In this document: positions 63,274 to 64,000 of the stretch, in pieces | How the letters are laid out: every line of letters starts with the position of its first letter | Position numbering within the stretch: position 1 is the first letter of the stretch | Source: Lytechinus pictus | Lineage: Eukaryota | Direction: 5' to 3' | Assembly (NCBI RefSeq): GCF_037042905.1 | Contig: NC_087247.1 | Span: 10,292,001 to 10,356,000, forward strand | DNA: 64,000 nucleotides | Notes under the pieces: model-generated | What the model was told of the DNA's origin: nothing | Database searches by the model: none | What the model saw: only the letters and a program-made list of their open reading frames with translations | Made by a program: the position numbers and the translations under genes

Positions 63274-64000
63274 GTAACTCTCTACAGTCACACCAACCAA
63301 CGATTCCTAATACAGATCGATGTTATAACAATGGGAATGATGTATATAGCTTTGGTCGGTCTGGAGTCGGTTTGTCATTGTGAATGTTGCGTAAGAAGTG
63401 AAACAATCATGTTCATGAGAATTAAAGAGGTTTATTTTTGGCAAGCTGTGTATAGAAAAGAAACAATTTTGTGCAAGTATGACCATGATGATAGAGCTAA
63501 GAAGAACAGATGAATAAGAAATCGCTAGGAATCGACGTCTACACGGAACTCGAGCTGTCTCATTGTCGTTCTTAAAATCCACATAATGAGAGAACTGCAC
63601 TGATCTTAATCGGTATCAGATTTTTTTAAAGAATTGTTATTCCAGTTTTTCAGGCAGCATGCAGTCGAAGATAGATTCACCAATATTGCAATTTTGAGAA
63701 ATACGAGCTACGTTGGCATAAGATATTAAAGAAAAAAATAGTATAAAATAGCCCTAATGATTAAGTGAAAATAACTGGAAATTTGATGGTTTTTTTTAAT
63801 CACACAACACTGGACGATGTTGTTTGATATGAAGTTGGCCTATTATACTTTTTCACTTGCACATTAAAGACATTTGACTAAACGATGAGAAATAGAAGGC
63901 ATATGATGAATTAGAAATCGTAGCAATTCTTCCTTGTTAATACGAAATAATAGTCTTTTTATTCAAGAAGTTTCTAACATATTGAGCAAAATTTCATATT

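Noticed and set aside
63654-63729. Candidate MIF-D exon 3 (QHAVEDRFTNIAILRNTSYVGIRY*, 76 bp, correct phase)
   Set aside because: The length matches B/C exon 3, but it does not align with the F-x-V-x-F/Y...(D/E)IG pattern. The true exon probably lies beyond the window; RNA-seq would decide.

Overview
AT-rich, repeat-dense animal genomic DNA. The gene and repeat repertoire suggests a sea urchin or other echinoderm (inference). Assembly gaps lie at about 40.6-40.76 kb and 41.5-41.85 kb. The left half holds the 3' 14 coding exons (6607-29003, +) of a voltage-gated Ca2+ channel alpha2-delta subunit gene, CACNA2D3/4-like. It ends in a GPI-signal-like tail and carries an extra ~100-aa Thr/acidic exon. 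Upstream of the first visible exon, probably in an intron, are tRNA-Ile(AAT), an intron-containing tRNA-Tyr(GTA), and three identical tRNA cloverleaves with a UCA (opal-reading) anticodon. These three sit in a 405-bp direct-plus-inverted repeat bracketed by (TA)n. The 10.7-kb intron that follows is filled with nested fold-back elements. The right half holds four divergent 3-exon MIF/D-dopachrome tautomerase genes: one on - and three on +, the last truncated by the window end. All keep Pro1, but the other active-site positions differ, and two paralogs share an apparent gene-conversion tract. Many non-autonomous DNA elements (hAT, CACTA/EnSpm, Harbinger, Tc1/mariner, Kolobok, Helentron types), SINEs and LINE fragments are present. 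Most short ORFs in the supplied track are spurious.
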